DNA of 26,937 nucleotides from an uncultured Actinomycetota bacterium (GTDB lineage Bacteria; Actinomycetota; Humimicrobiia; Humimicrobiales; Humimicrobiaceae), in contig CAYNMO010000004.1 in assembly GCA_964398155.1 (NCBI GenBank), forward strand, positions 1 to 26,937, read 5' to 3'. This document shows, one piece after another, positions 6,248 to 15,573 of the stretch. A program made the position numbers and the translations under genes. A model generated the notes under the pieces. That model saw only the letters and a program-made list of their open reading frames with translations, made no database searches and was not told the origin of the DNA. Position 1 is the stretch's first letter. Every line of letters starts with the position of its first letter.

Positions 6248-8662
6248 GTGAAGATTACATATAACTGGCTTAAGGAATTTATTGTCGGACTCGATAATTA
6301 TTCTCCTCATGAAATAGTTCGTATGCTCACAATGAGTGGAACTGAAATAAAAAAGCTAGAGCATGCTGGAGAAAAATATGAAAATATTATTGTTGCCCGC
6401 ATAGAAAGTTTCATTAAACACCCTAATGCAGATAAACTATCTCTTTGTAAAGTCAATGCCGGAACTGAAATTTTAAATATTGTTTGTGGAGCAAATAATT
6501 TTAAAGAAAATGATCTGGTCGCTCTTGCGCTTGAAAATGCAAAAATAGGTGATTTTACAATAAAAAAGAGTAAGATCAGGGGAGAATACTCTGAAGGTAT
6601 GATGTGTTCTGAAAAAGAACTGGGTCTTTCGCAGGAATCAGATGGGATTTTAATTCTTGAAGGTGACTACCGAATAGGAGAAAGTTTTGCAAAACAGGCA
6701 GGTCTGGATGACTGGGTTCTTGAAATTGAAGTAACACCGAACAGGCCAGACTGTTTAAGCGTTGCCGGTGTTGCCCGTGAGATTTGCGCTTTGACGGGAC
6801 TTGAGTTTAAATATTACAACTATGGTTTTGAAAATGAGATAAATACTGACAAGAACTTCAAAATTGAGATAAAAGATTTCAAGCTTTGCCCTCGTTATTC
6901 ATCAAAAATATTTAATAATATCTTAAATAATAAAACTCCTCTCTGGCTTAAGAACAGGCTTGCACTTTCTGATATCAGAAGCATTGATTTGATAGTGGAT
7001 CTTACTAATTACGTGATGATTGAAGTCGGACAGCCTTTACATGCTTTTGACGCTGATTTGCTTTATTCTAACAAAATAATAATAAGATCTTCCTTAACAG
7101 ATGAAAATATTATTACTATTGACGGCAGTAAAAGAATACTTGAAGAGGGAACAATAGTAATCGCTGACGAAAAAGGCCCTGTAGCAATAGCTGGAATAAT
7201 GGGTGGTAAAGAGACAGAGATCGGCGAAAAAACAAAAAAAGTATTTCTTGAATCTGCAAATTTTTATGGACCTGCAATTATGAGGACTTCTAAGAAATTA
7301 GGTCTCAGGAGTGAAGCTTCCAACAGGTTTGAGAAAAAGACAGATCCTCTTTTGACACTGACAGCCATAAAAAGATTTGAAGAGCTTTTAACCAAAATCA
7401 CTGGCCAGGAATTTAAAGGATCAATTTATGACAGCTATCTTGATGTAAACAGAGAAAGAAATATTGAATTAAGGTTTAAAAAAATTAAACAGGTTCTTGG
7501 AATCGACATTGAAGGTTCCAAAGTTTCAGAGATTCTTGAAAAACTGGGAATAAGAAATTCATTCGATTCAGATAAAATTACAGCGCTCGTACCTTCTTTT
7601 AGATTCGAAGATCTTGAAAGAGAAATAGATCTCGTAGAAGAGATAGCGAGAATTTATGGTTTTGAAAATATTCCCACACAGCAGCCTGATTTTAAATCCA
7701 GATATGGCAAATACAGTTTTATTCAGAAAAAACTAATTGAAGTAAAGCAGACACTTGAGGATGCAGGCTTAAATGAAGTCATAAATTATTCATTTATCGG
7801 ACTTAAGGAATTTAGATTCTTCAATCTGGATAAAGAGGCTGATTATGAAGATTACATAAAAATACTAAATCCGCTAAATGAAGACTTTGAAATTTTAAGG
7901 ACGAGTCTTCTTCAGTCATTAGTAAAGAATCTTGGAGACAATATCTCCAGAAAAACACAGGATTTAAGAATATTTGAGATATCGAAAATATTTTTAAAAG
8001 ACCATAGAAGCGACAAAAAACTTCCTTTTGAAAAAACAAGGCTTGCTGTCTTATTTTCAGGGAAAGCCAGCATTAAAAGCTTAAACGGCACAGAAAGAAT
8101 GTATGATTTTTATGATCTTAAAGGCCTGGCAGAATATCTTTTTGAAAAGTTTAAATTAAAAGAAGGCTTAAAAATAACAGGTAAGGAATATAAATTTTTT
8201 CACCCCGCAATAAGTGGAGATATCTGTTATAAAAATGAAAAATTGGGAATTATTGGCAAAATACATCCAAAGCTAATTGATATTCTGGACATAAAACAGG
8301 ATGCTTATTTTCTGGAAATTGATTTGGATAGTTTTATCGATAAAACGAATACTGAACAAAAATTCACACAGATTCCGCAATTTCCATCCACCAGTATTGA
8401 CCTGGCAATCGTAATAAATGAAGATATTTTAAATAGTGATATTGAGGAAGAAATCAATAAAAATGGGGGCAATACTCTTGTCAGCCTGAGGTTGTTTGAT
8501 TTATTTAGAGGGAAACAAATCGAAGAGGGCAAGAAAAGTCTTGCGTACTCACTTGAGTTCAGGGCTCCTGACAGAACATTAAAGGACGTGGAAATAGATA
8601 TAATCTCCAAAAGAATAGTGGACTGTCTAAGCAGAAGATTCGGTGCAAGTTTAAGGCAATAA
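6248..8662 (+). CDS. pheT: Phenylalanyl-tRNA synthetase beta subunit (GTG start)
   Basis: KHPNADKL, IVCGANN, SEGMMCS.KELG, TPNRPDC, TNYVMIEVGQPLHAFD, SASNRFEK-type motif, DLVEEIARIYG, and C-terminal FDX-ACB (LFDLFRG...GKKSLAY). SD AAGGAG. Confidence 0.99.
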   Translation: MKITYNWLKEFIVGLDNYSPHEIVRMLTMSGTEIKKLEHAGEKYENIIVARIESFIKHPNADKLSLCKVNAGTEILNIVCGANNFKENDLVALALENAKIGDFTIKKSKIRGEYSEGMMCSEKELGLSQESDGILILEGDYRIGESFAKQAGLDDWVLEIEVTPNRPDCLSVAGVAREICALTGLEFKYYNYGFENEINTDKNFKIEIKDFKLCPRYSSKIFNNILNNKTPLWLKNRLALSDIRSIDLIVDLTNYVMIEVGQPLHAFDADLLYSNKIIIRSSLTDENIITIDGSKRILEEGTIVIADEKGPVAIAGIMGGKETEIGEKTKKVFLESANFYGPAIMRTSKKLGLRSEASNRFEKKTDPLLTLTAIKRFEELLTKITGQEFKGSIYDSYLDVNRERNIELRFKKIKQVLGIDIEGSKVSEILEKLGIRNSFDSDKITALVPSFRFEDLEREIDLVEEIARIYGFENIPTQQPDFKSRYGKYSFIQKKLIEVKQTLEDAGLNEVINYSFIGLKEFRFFNLDKEADYEDYIKILNPLNEDFEILRTSLLQSLVKNLGDNISRKTQDLRIFEISKIFLKDHRSDKKLPFEKTRLAVLFSGKASIKSLNGTERMYDFYDLKGLAEYLFEKFKLKEGLKITGKEYKFFHPAISGDICYKNEKLGIIGKIHPKLIDILDIKQDAYFLEIDLDSFIDKTNTEQKFTQIPQFPSTSIDLAIVINEDILNSDIEEEINKNGGNTLVSLRLFDLFRGKQIEEGKKSLAYSLEFRAPDRTLKDVEIDIISKRIVDCLSRRFGASLRQ

Positions 8663-8865
8663 TTTAAACTGCATAAGTTATAAATTATTAGTAAAAAATA
8701 ATAACAGTTTAGTTTCGATGTATTTCAACTTTAAGAAGTAAGTTACTGAATGACTTTATACTAAATTGCAAGTTATAGGCAGTATTGCATTATTTAAACT
8801 CTTCCAAAAGTTAAAAAAATAGTAATTGTGGGAACATTTTAAGATTTATTTATATTATTGATTTG

Positions 8866-8913
8866 TTAAAAGCGGAGTTATTTAAAGACAGTCAGATATA
8901 AATCTGCTTTTAA
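8866..8913. terminator. Possible terminator between convergent pheT and the nitrilase gene
   Basis: TTAAAAGCGGA (8866-76)/TCTGCTTTTAA (8903-13), an 11-bp stem with one G-T pair and a large loop. Confidence 0.3.
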
Positions 8914-8939
8914 TAAAAGGATTATCGGGTAATCAAGTT

Positions 8940-9746
8940 TTAATACTGACCATTTCTGGCATGTTTTAATATTGGAAGCTCTTCCCTTATTTTTTCTAAA
9001 AAATCCAGGTCCAAATTTCCATATAGAATACATTCTTTTTCATTGGCCTGTGCAATTATTTCACCCCAGGGATTTATCATTATGGAATGTCCATAAGAAA
9101 CATATCCTGATAGCTCATCTCTTGCCGGGGAAGCGGCCAAAAAATATACCTGATTATCAATTGCTCTTGCTCTTGTTATAACATGCCAGTGAGCCGGTCC
9201 GGTTGTCATATTAAAAGATGCCGGAGATACTATTATTTTTGCACCGGCACTTACCATTTTTTTTGCAAGCTCAGGAAATCTCATATCGTAGCAAATTAAT
9301 ACACCTATTTTACAGAATTCAGTATCGAAAACTGTAGATTTATTACCATAAGATAATACGTCAGATTCCTTAAATCTAATTTTTTCTTTAACATCTATAT
9401 CAAAAAGATGTATTTTTCTGTGTTTTCCTATAAGATTTCCGCATCTGTCAAAAGAATAAGATGTATTGTAATAGAAATCACCATCTTTCTCACATATCGA
9501 ACCGCCAATTATATATATGCCAAGCTCCTTTGACATGGAAGAAAGCATGTCAGTCGTAGCAGCAGGATATGTTTCTGAATACTGTTTAAACAAGTCTGTA
9601 TTATAAGGACCATTAAAAATTTCGGGGAGAATGGCAATATCGGTATTATTTTTGGCAGCAGTTCTTATCATCTTTTCTGCTTTTAAAATATTTTCTTCTT
9701 TTTTGTCAGTAATTTTTAACTGGCATATGGCGCATTTTAAATTCAT
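8940..9746 (-). CDS. Carbon-nitrogen hydrolase (nitrilase superfamily; Nit2/YafV omega-amidase-like)
   Basis: Glu-Lys-Cys triad in LPEIFNGPY, KHRKIHLFDID and ICYDMRFPE; PASFNMTTGPAHW; RARAIDNQ; YGHSIMINPWG. Confidence 0.93.
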   Translation of the reverse strand: MNLKCAICQLKITDKKEENILKAEKMIRTAAKNNTDIAILPEIFNGPYNTDLFKQYSETYPAATTDMLSSMSKELGIYIIGGSICEKDGDFYYNTSYSFDRCGNLIGKHRKIHLFDIDVKEKIRFKESDVLSYGNKSTVFDTEFCKIGVLICYDMRFPELAKKMVSAGAKIIVSPASFNMTTGPAHWHVITRARAIDNQVYFLAASPARDELSGYVSYGHSIMINPWGEIIAQANEKECILYGNLDLDFLEKIREELPILKHARNGQY

Positions 9747-9909
9747 GTCTTATTTTTTAAATTCTTTTTTAATTAATGGAATAAGTGTCAGACTGAATAT
9801 TTCTTCTTTGATTATATCATTGTCAAACTCTGTAATATTATTGTCAATTAATTAATGAATAGCCATTTAATTTCCAAACAGCATGATTTTACACTTATGT
9901 CCGTTTTTT

Positions 9910-10296
9910 TTATGTTATCTTTTTATTATCTTCATTAATTAATTTTTTATGTTCCTCGTCCTCAATACTTTCAAAAGTCTGCCTTATGGCAATATTTTTG
10001 TTTAATTTCGTTAATTTTTCTTCAAGAAGTCTCATTTTTTTATAAATATTGAACAAAAATAAAAATATTACAAGTATAGACAGAGCAATAAAGAATTCAA
10101 ATCCAGTCTTGAAGCCAAAAAAATGGGCAACTTTTACTGCAAAGCCGGGAAATACTGAAATAAGAATTAAAGCTGCAAGTATTAAAATCCAGAATATTAA
10201 TTCGTTTATTATCAGTTTTCTATCTTTAATCTTTATAAACAGATTAGTTAAGACAGCTATGCCAAGTATAATAGTAACGATATATATTGGATGCAT
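9910..10296 (-). CDS. DUF2304-family small membrane protein (Rv3632-like partner of a polyprenol-phosphate glycosyltransferase)
   Basis: 128 aa, three hydrophobic segments, FW...SVFPG, FFGF..G, C-terminal coiled tail (LEEKLTKLNKNIAI). SD GGAGG. Lies directly downstream of a GT2 gene. Confidence 0.8.
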   Translation of the reverse strand: MHPIYIVTIILGIAVLTNLFIKIKDRKLIINELIFWILILAALILISVFPGFAVKVAHFFGFKTGFEFFIALSILVIFLFLFNIYKKMRLLEEKLTKLNKNIAIRQTFESIEDEEHKKLINEDNKKIT

Positions 10297-10308
10297 TTAA
10301 GGCCTCCG

Positions 10309-10995
10309 TTATCCAAATATCCATTTTACAAACATTTTTGATATTATATAAAAACTGTTATATATTTTCTGGCCTTTTTTTATTGAATAGTCAGTATATT
10401 TAACAGTAACAGGAACTTCCACGTATTTCACTTTTTTTAACTTTATTTCCTCAATTATTTCAGAACAATACTCCCATCCGTTTGATTTAATATCTATTTT
10501 TAAAGCAGCTGACCTGCTAAGTGCTTTTAATCCATTGTGTGAATCACTTGAAAGTATTCCATACATTATAAACATAAGCAGAGCTCCAGTTTTAAGAATT
10601 ATTTTTTTAAATAACGGAACATTGCTGGTGCTTTTTAAAAATCTGTTTCCGAGGCTTATATCGGTTTTATTTAAAATTAAAGGCTCGATTAGAGCAGAAA
10701 TGTCTTTGGCAAGATGCTGGCCGTCGGCGTCAAAGGTTACTATAATATCTGCACCATCAAGTATGGCAAAATCAATTCCGGTTTTTACTGCGGCTCCGGG
10801 GCCCATATTTACCGGATGCTTTATAAGATAAATATTGAAAGTTTTTACAGTTTCTGATGTTTTATCAGTAGACGCATCATCAACGACTGCAATATTTTTA
10901 TAGCCATAACCTAGTAAATCTTCAATAACTTTTCCAATTGACTCTGCTTCATTAAAAGCGGGAATTACAATGTAAATTTTTTGCATTCTTTCCAT
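10309..10995 (-). CDS. GT2 glycosyltransferase, polyprenol-phosphate sugar synthase type (DPM1/PpgS-like)
   Basis: VIPAFNE, VVDDASTD, N.GPGAAVKTG, TFDADGQH (DxD), DSHNGLK, EVPVTVKY. Soluble, 228 aa. Confidence 0.92.
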   Translation of the reverse strand: MERMQKIYIVIPAFNEAESIGKVIEDLLGYGYKNIAVVDDASTDKTSETVKTFNIYLIKHPVNMGPGAAVKTGIDFAILDGADIIVTFDADGQHLAKDISALIEPLILNKTDISLGNRFLKSTSNVPLFKKIILKTGALLMFIMYGILSSDSHNGLKALSRSAALKIDIKSNGWEYCSEIIEEIKLKKVKYVEVPVTVKYTDYSIKKGQKIYNSFYIISKMFVKWIFG

Positions 10996-11020
10996 GGCTT
11001 ATAAATAAAAAATAAATATT

Positions 11021-12907
11021 TTAGTTGATCTTAAATGACATTTCTTTTGCATCAAAATACACTCCGCCTGCAGTCAGCCGAAGTTTTATATTAAAATCTC
11101 CAGGTTTTACCGGTATTATTCTGAACGAAAAAATCATTTTACTGTTTAGTGGAATGATATAAGCATCACTTACCCACATATATTTACCCATACTTATACC
11201 GGGATCATTTTTAATTTGGCTTTCATCAGACATGCCACTAAATTTTAATCCTTTTGGAATCTCCAGTTCAATCGAATTAATTTTCAAATCATTGTCACTC
11301 TGGTTTGTAATTGAATACTCCAAAATAACTTCTTTCCCAAATTTAAAAATCTGGTTTTTAAAATTACTTTCTATTTTTAACCCTGGGGTGTCTTTTGTTA
11401 TCTCATATAACTGAATATTTTCATCGTATCTCTGCCAGTAAAAAGATTTGCCTACTTTTTCTGTAACAAAAACATGGCTTATTGCGGTATCATTACCCAC
11501 AAAATAAACATGAGTTCCATTTAACAGATCACTTACAATTTTATCAAAATTATATTCAGTTTCACTGTTTTTGATAAGGAGGATATTTTTGTCTTTCTGC
11601 TCGAATTCACTTATAAAAACACCAATGTTTAGTGAAGCAGCATAAGCGTAAAGTTTTGAATTTTTTTCCATTAGATTAAATGCATCATTCCAAAAAAGGT
11701 ATATGCCTTCCTGCTTTTTAAAATTGCACTTATTATAGTTATTTATAATCAATACAACAGGCTGGGAAATAAACAGCAAAACAAGCAATACAAAGACAAT
11801 ATTTTTAAAACGGTTTTTTATTAAAATATTTTCTTTATTTTGTAAATTTTTTTCAAAAACAAAATTCAATATATCGACAATCAGCAAAAATCCAAACCCG
11901 ATATAAACGCTCATTATTATCATTATATCCAGAGTGTAATTAAGAACAGCCCAGTCTAGATACTGAGTGGTGATGATAAGATTTAATATAATGGCAAATA
12001 GAGAAAATGCAGCTATTTTCCAGTTTTTCTTAAATAAATAAATCAGTCCGGCTAAAGCAATTAAAACAAGCACTATCCCATAATTGCCATAAATCAGCTT
12101 CAGGTATTCGAAAACAACTTTTATTATTCCTGAGAGGTTTTTATCACCAAAACTTCCACCAAAAGTTGTACCGGTTGCTTCTCTGCCTGTTACGTAGTAG
12201 ACAAACCTTAGAAGGGTATTTGTATTTCCTGAAATTTGGATAAATCTGATATATGTATAAATATAAGAAAATAAAGGCAGAACAAAGAAAAGGATGCTCA
12301 AAAAGACTGCTTTAATATTTTTAAATATTTTAGGATTTAATATTATTGTCATAATTAAAAAAGCAGGCATTATAAAAAAAGCAATGGGGTGATTGGTAAA
12401 TAAAAAGCCAAGCCAGGCAAAACAAAAATAAAGATTCTTTCTTGATGGAGACTCCTTATAGCTAAATATTGCAAATAATAAAATTGTGATAAAGAAACTG
12501 TTTAAAGTGTCAAATTCGAGTCTGCTGGCAAAAAACCAGTAAGGGTAAACAAACGCAAAAGAGAGCGATGCAATCAGTGAAGCATATTCATTTTTTGTTA
12601 ATTTGTTTATTGCAAGAAACAAAAACAATATGGTTAAGGCTCCAAAAACAGCGGATATAAGATTTAATCTTAATGCCAATGGTCCCAGAGGAATAATCGA
12701 AAATAGTTTTCCAATAAGGGAAAAAACAGGATAGCCAGTTGGAGGCAGAAGAGACATTTTTGGGAGTTCAGACATATACCATGAAGTATCGCCACCGATA
12801 AGTTTTCTTTCCAGGGTCAAAACATAAAAAATAAAAGGGATAACTGCAGACAAAATACTAAAAATCAATAATTTTTTTTCAGAATAAAACTTTTTTATTC
12901 TTTTCAT
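11021..12907 (-). CDS. DUF2723/TMEM260-like polytopic GT-C glycosyltransferase with a C-terminal extracytoplasmic region ending in an Ig-like beta-sandwich
   Basis: N-terminal TM followed by GGDT...PPTGYPVFSLIGKLF (cf. DSGE...HPPGYP), LRLNLISAVFGA, TNHP and about 10 TM segments. The last ~115 aa are beta-rich (LEYSITN, LEIPKGLKF, PVKPGDFNIKL). Confidence 0.8.
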   Translation of the reverse strand: MKRIKKFYSEKKLLIFSILSAVIPFIFYVLTLERKLIGGDTSWYMSELPKMSLLPPTGYPVFSLIGKLFSIIPLGPLALRLNLISAVFGALTILFLFLAINKLTKNEYASLIASLSFAFVYPYWFFASRLEFDTLNSFFITILLFAIFSYKESPSRKNLYFCFAWLGFLFTNHPIAFFIMPAFLIMTIILNPKIFKNIKAVFLSILFFVLPLFSYIYTYIRFIQISGNTNTLLRFVYYVTGREATGTTFGGSFGDKNLSGIIKVVFEYLKLIYGNYGIVLVLIALAGLIYLFKKNWKIAAFSLFAIILNLIITTQYLDWAVLNYTLDIMIIMSVYIGFGFLLIVDILNFVFEKNLQNKENILIKNRFKNIVFVLLVLLFISQPVVLIINNYNKCNFKKQEGIYLFWNDAFNLMEKNSKLYAYAASLNIGVFISEFEQKDKNILLIKNSETEYNFDKIVSDLLNGTHVYFVGNDTAISHVFVTEKVGKSFYWQRYDENIQLYEITKDTPGLKIESNFKNQIFKFGKEVILEYSITNQSDNDLKINSIELEIPKGLKFSGMSDESQIKNDPGISMGKYMWVSDAYIIPLNSKMIFSFRIIPVKPGDFNIKLRLTAGGVYFDAKEMSFKIN

Positions 12908-13370
12908 AAAGCGCCATGTATTGCTGATGCCCTAAATATTTTACTTATTTACATAAATTAAGACTTGTACTTCTTTAGTTTTACAATTGATTTAATTGCC
13001 CAGGAAAACCGCTGAATTTATTTTAACGATAATTTTAATTGAAATGAGCAAATAATAAAATAAAATTATATTAAATTAAATCAAACAATTCACTTCCATA
13101 AAGTATTCATACTCAGAAAACCTGCACATCAAAAAGTATAGTTAAAATATATCGATTTAAAGCAATTTATTTCTCCTGTGAATAACTCATTTTTTAATAA
13201 CTTATTTGTTTAAACCCGGCATAAATCTGGCCTTTTTTGTTAATTGTTTATCAGGAACTAAAAATAGTGATTAAAGTAATGCAATCACTTGTCTTTATTA
13301 TTTTTTATACATAAACCAATAGCCAAAGAAGGTAGAATTACCAAAATGTTGCAAAAAAATAATATTTATA

Positions 13371-13405
13371 TTTGCATAATATGTAATATATATGTATAAT
13401 ATGCA
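13371..13405. promoter_or_regulatory. Candidate tandem ArgR operator overlapping the argC promoter
   Basis: TGCAT-AAT-ATGTA (13373-85) and TGTAT-AAT-ATGCA (13391-403), with TATAAT at 13393-98. Lies ~50 nt upstream of argC, and argR is in the same cluster. Confidence 0.5.
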
Positions 13406-13455
13406 AATTAAATTGCAATAAAATATAAAAAAATAATCCAAATTAAAGGCTTAAA

Positions 13456-14526
13456 ATGAGCGAAAAAATTAAAGTAGCAGTAGTGGGCGCTTCGGGTTAT
13501 ACGGGAATTGAATTAATAAAAATACTTGATAATCATGAAAGAGCAGAAATAAAATATATTACCTCAAGGTCATATGCCGGCAAAAAAGTAAAAGAGATAT
13601 ATCCAATGTCTTTGAGCTTAAAAAATAATTCTGAAATCACATTTATTGATGAGATAAAAAAGAAGGATATAGGCAGAGTTGATATAATTTTTCTCTGTCT
13701 GCCTCCCGGTAAGTCCATGCAGTATGTTTCAGAAATTATTGATAATTTTAAAGGGAAAATAATTGATTTGGGTGCAGACTTCAGAATAAAAAACGAAAAA
13801 GATTATGAAAAATGGTATGGCAGCATGCATATACTTAAAGATCTTCTGCCAGTATTTATATATGGTTTGTCTGAAATAAAAAGAGATGAGATAAAGAAGG
13901 CAAATTATGTTGCAAATCCAGGATGCTATCCTACTTCAGTACTGCTGGCTCTTGCTCCTGTGCTAAAAAGCAGAAACATCAATATTGAATCTGTTAATAT
14001 AGATTCAAAATCGGGCGTAAGCGGAGCCGGCAAAAAATTAATTGAAGATTATCTGTTTTTAAATATGTCTGACAATTTTTATGCATATTCCGCCGCGAAA
14101 CACAGGCATATACCGGAAATGGAGCAGGAAATATGTAATATGAGCGGGAGACAGATAAATATTTGCTTTACGCCTCATCTGCTGCCGGTAAACAGAGGGA
14201 TTTTTTCAACAATATATCTTAATTTAAAAAAAGATACAGATTTTAGTAATTTTGAAAACAATCTTCACGATTATTATAAAAACTTTTACGATGGAGAAAT
14301 TTTTGTAAAGTTTTTAGGTGAAAAAATACCAAAATTAAAAGATGTAGTTGGCACAAACACCATCCAGATTGGATTTTTGTTTGATAAAAGAACATGCACT
14401 CTGAAGATATTTTCTGCTCTTGATAATATATTAAAAGGAGCATCAGGTCAGGCCGTCCAGAACATGAATATAATGTTTGGATTTAAAGAAGACGAAGGAC
14501 TGCACTTAAACAGCATATATAATTAA
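13456..14526 (+). CDS. argC: N-acetyl-gamma-glutamyl-phosphate reductase
   Basis: VGASGYTG, IIDLGADFR, VANPGCYPT, SGVSGAG, HRHIPEMEQ, DNILKGASGQAVQNMN. Confidence 0.98.
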   Translation: MSEKIKVAVVGASGYTGIELIKILDNHERAEIKYITSRSYAGKKVKEIYPMSLSLKNNSEITFIDEIKKKDIGRVDIIFLCLPPGKSMQYVSEIIDNFKGKIIDLGADFRIKNEKDYEKWYGSMHILKDLLPVFIYGLSEIKRDEIKKANYVANPGCYPTSVLLALAPVLKSRNINIESVNIDSKSGVSGAGKKLIEDYLFLNMSDNFYAYSAAKHRHIPEMEQEICNMSGRQINICFTPHLLPVNRGIFSTIYLNLKKDTDFSNFENNLHDYYKNFYDGEIFVKFLGEKIPKLKDVVGTNTIQIGFLFDKRTCTLKIFSALDNILKGASGQAVQNMNIMFGFKEDEGLHLNSIYN

Positions 14527-14542
14527 ATAAAACGGGCAGGAA

Positions 14543-15478
14543 ATGGAAAAACTTATGGGTAAAGAATTAATTGAATACTATAACGGAAAAGAAAAATCAG
14601 TGGAAGATATTTACAAGAACAAAGCACAGGTTTTACTCGAAGCCCTTCCGTATATTAAAGAGTATTTTAACAGGATAGTGGTAGTCAAGCTTGGCGGGGC
14701 GATTATGGATGATGACGTCAGCCTCATGAAAGTACTTGATGATCTTATCCTTATGAAATATGTTGGAATGAATGTGATAGTTGTTCATGGTGGAGGAAAG
14801 CAGATTACAAAGCTGATGGAAGAAAAAAATATCAGGGTTGAGTTTTGTGATGGGATGAGGATAACCAGCAGAGAAGCAATAGATGCTGTTAAAATGGTTT
14901 TACTTGGAGATATAAATTCAAAAATTGTATCATTATTAAACAAGCACGGAAAACTTGCAGTAGGTTTGTCGGGAAATGATGCTAATTTTGTCAACTGCCG
15001 AAAAAAAATATACAAAAAAGACGGGAAGGAAATTGATCTGGGTTATGTAGGAGAGATAACAGACATAGATAAAGACTTTCTTTTAAATATTTTAAACAGC
15101 GGGTATCTTCCCGTAATTGCCACACTTGGTTCTGACAGGGAAGGGAATGTATTTAATATTAATGCTGATACTTTTGCAAGTGAAATAGCTTCCAAATTTG
15201 AAGCAAAAAAAATGATTTTGCTTACAGACGTTGATGGAATAAAAATAACCGGAAATGACAAAGAAGAACTGATATCAAAAATTTCTGCTTCCGGTTGCCG
15301 TAAACTGATAGAGACTCTTGATATCAGCAAAGGCATGATTCCCAAAGTAAATTCATGTATTGATGCTTTGTTAAACGGGGTAGAGAGGGCTCATATTTTA
15401 AACGGCAATCTTGAACATTCTATTCTGATAGAAATATTTACAGACAAAGGTATCGGAACTATGATTGTTAATGATTAA
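14543..15478 (+). CDS. argB: N-acetylglutamate kinase, arginine-inhibited type
   Basis: KAQVLLEALPYI N-helix, VVKLGG, VVHGGG, GMRIT, NINADT, GMIPK, EIFTDKGIGT. Confidence 0.98.
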   Translation: MEKLMGKELIEYYNGKEKSVEDIYKNKAQVLLEALPYIKEYFNRIVVVKLGGAIMDDDVSLMKVLDDLILMKYVGMNVIVVHGGGKQITKLMEEKNIRVEFCDGMRITSREAIDAVKMVLLGDINSKIVSLLNKHGKLAVGLSGNDANFVNCRKKIYKKDGKEIDLGYVGEITDIDKDFLLNILNSGYLPVIATLGSDREGNVFNINADTFASEIASKFEAKKMILLTDVDGIKITGNDKEELISKISASGCRKLIETLDISKGMIPKVNSCIDALLNGVERAHILNGNLEHSILIEIFTDKGIGTMIVND

Positions 15479-15573
15479 ACCTCAGATATTGGGGTTTTAG
15501 ATTAAAAAACATTATTCATCCAGCTAAAAAATATTTATAAATTTTAATTAAAACATAAAAGAAAACAGGGGAA

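Noticed and set aside
8940-9746. Nitrilase-family amidase as the missing acetylornithine deacetylase
   Set aside because: Its motifs fit the Nit2/YafV omega-amidase clade, and it is on the opposite strand, outside the arg cluster.
9750-9866. Small minus-strand ORF remnant (MAIH*LIDNNITEFDNDIIKEE...) in frame with the nitrilase
   Set aside because: It has an internal stop at codon 5, only 33 open codons and no recognisable homology, so chance is an adequate explanation.
15477-15498. Hairpin AAACCTC/GGGGTTT between argB and argD as a terminator
   Set aside because: The stem is only 7 bp with a G-T pair and lacks a real U-tract. At most it is an mRNA-stabilising element.
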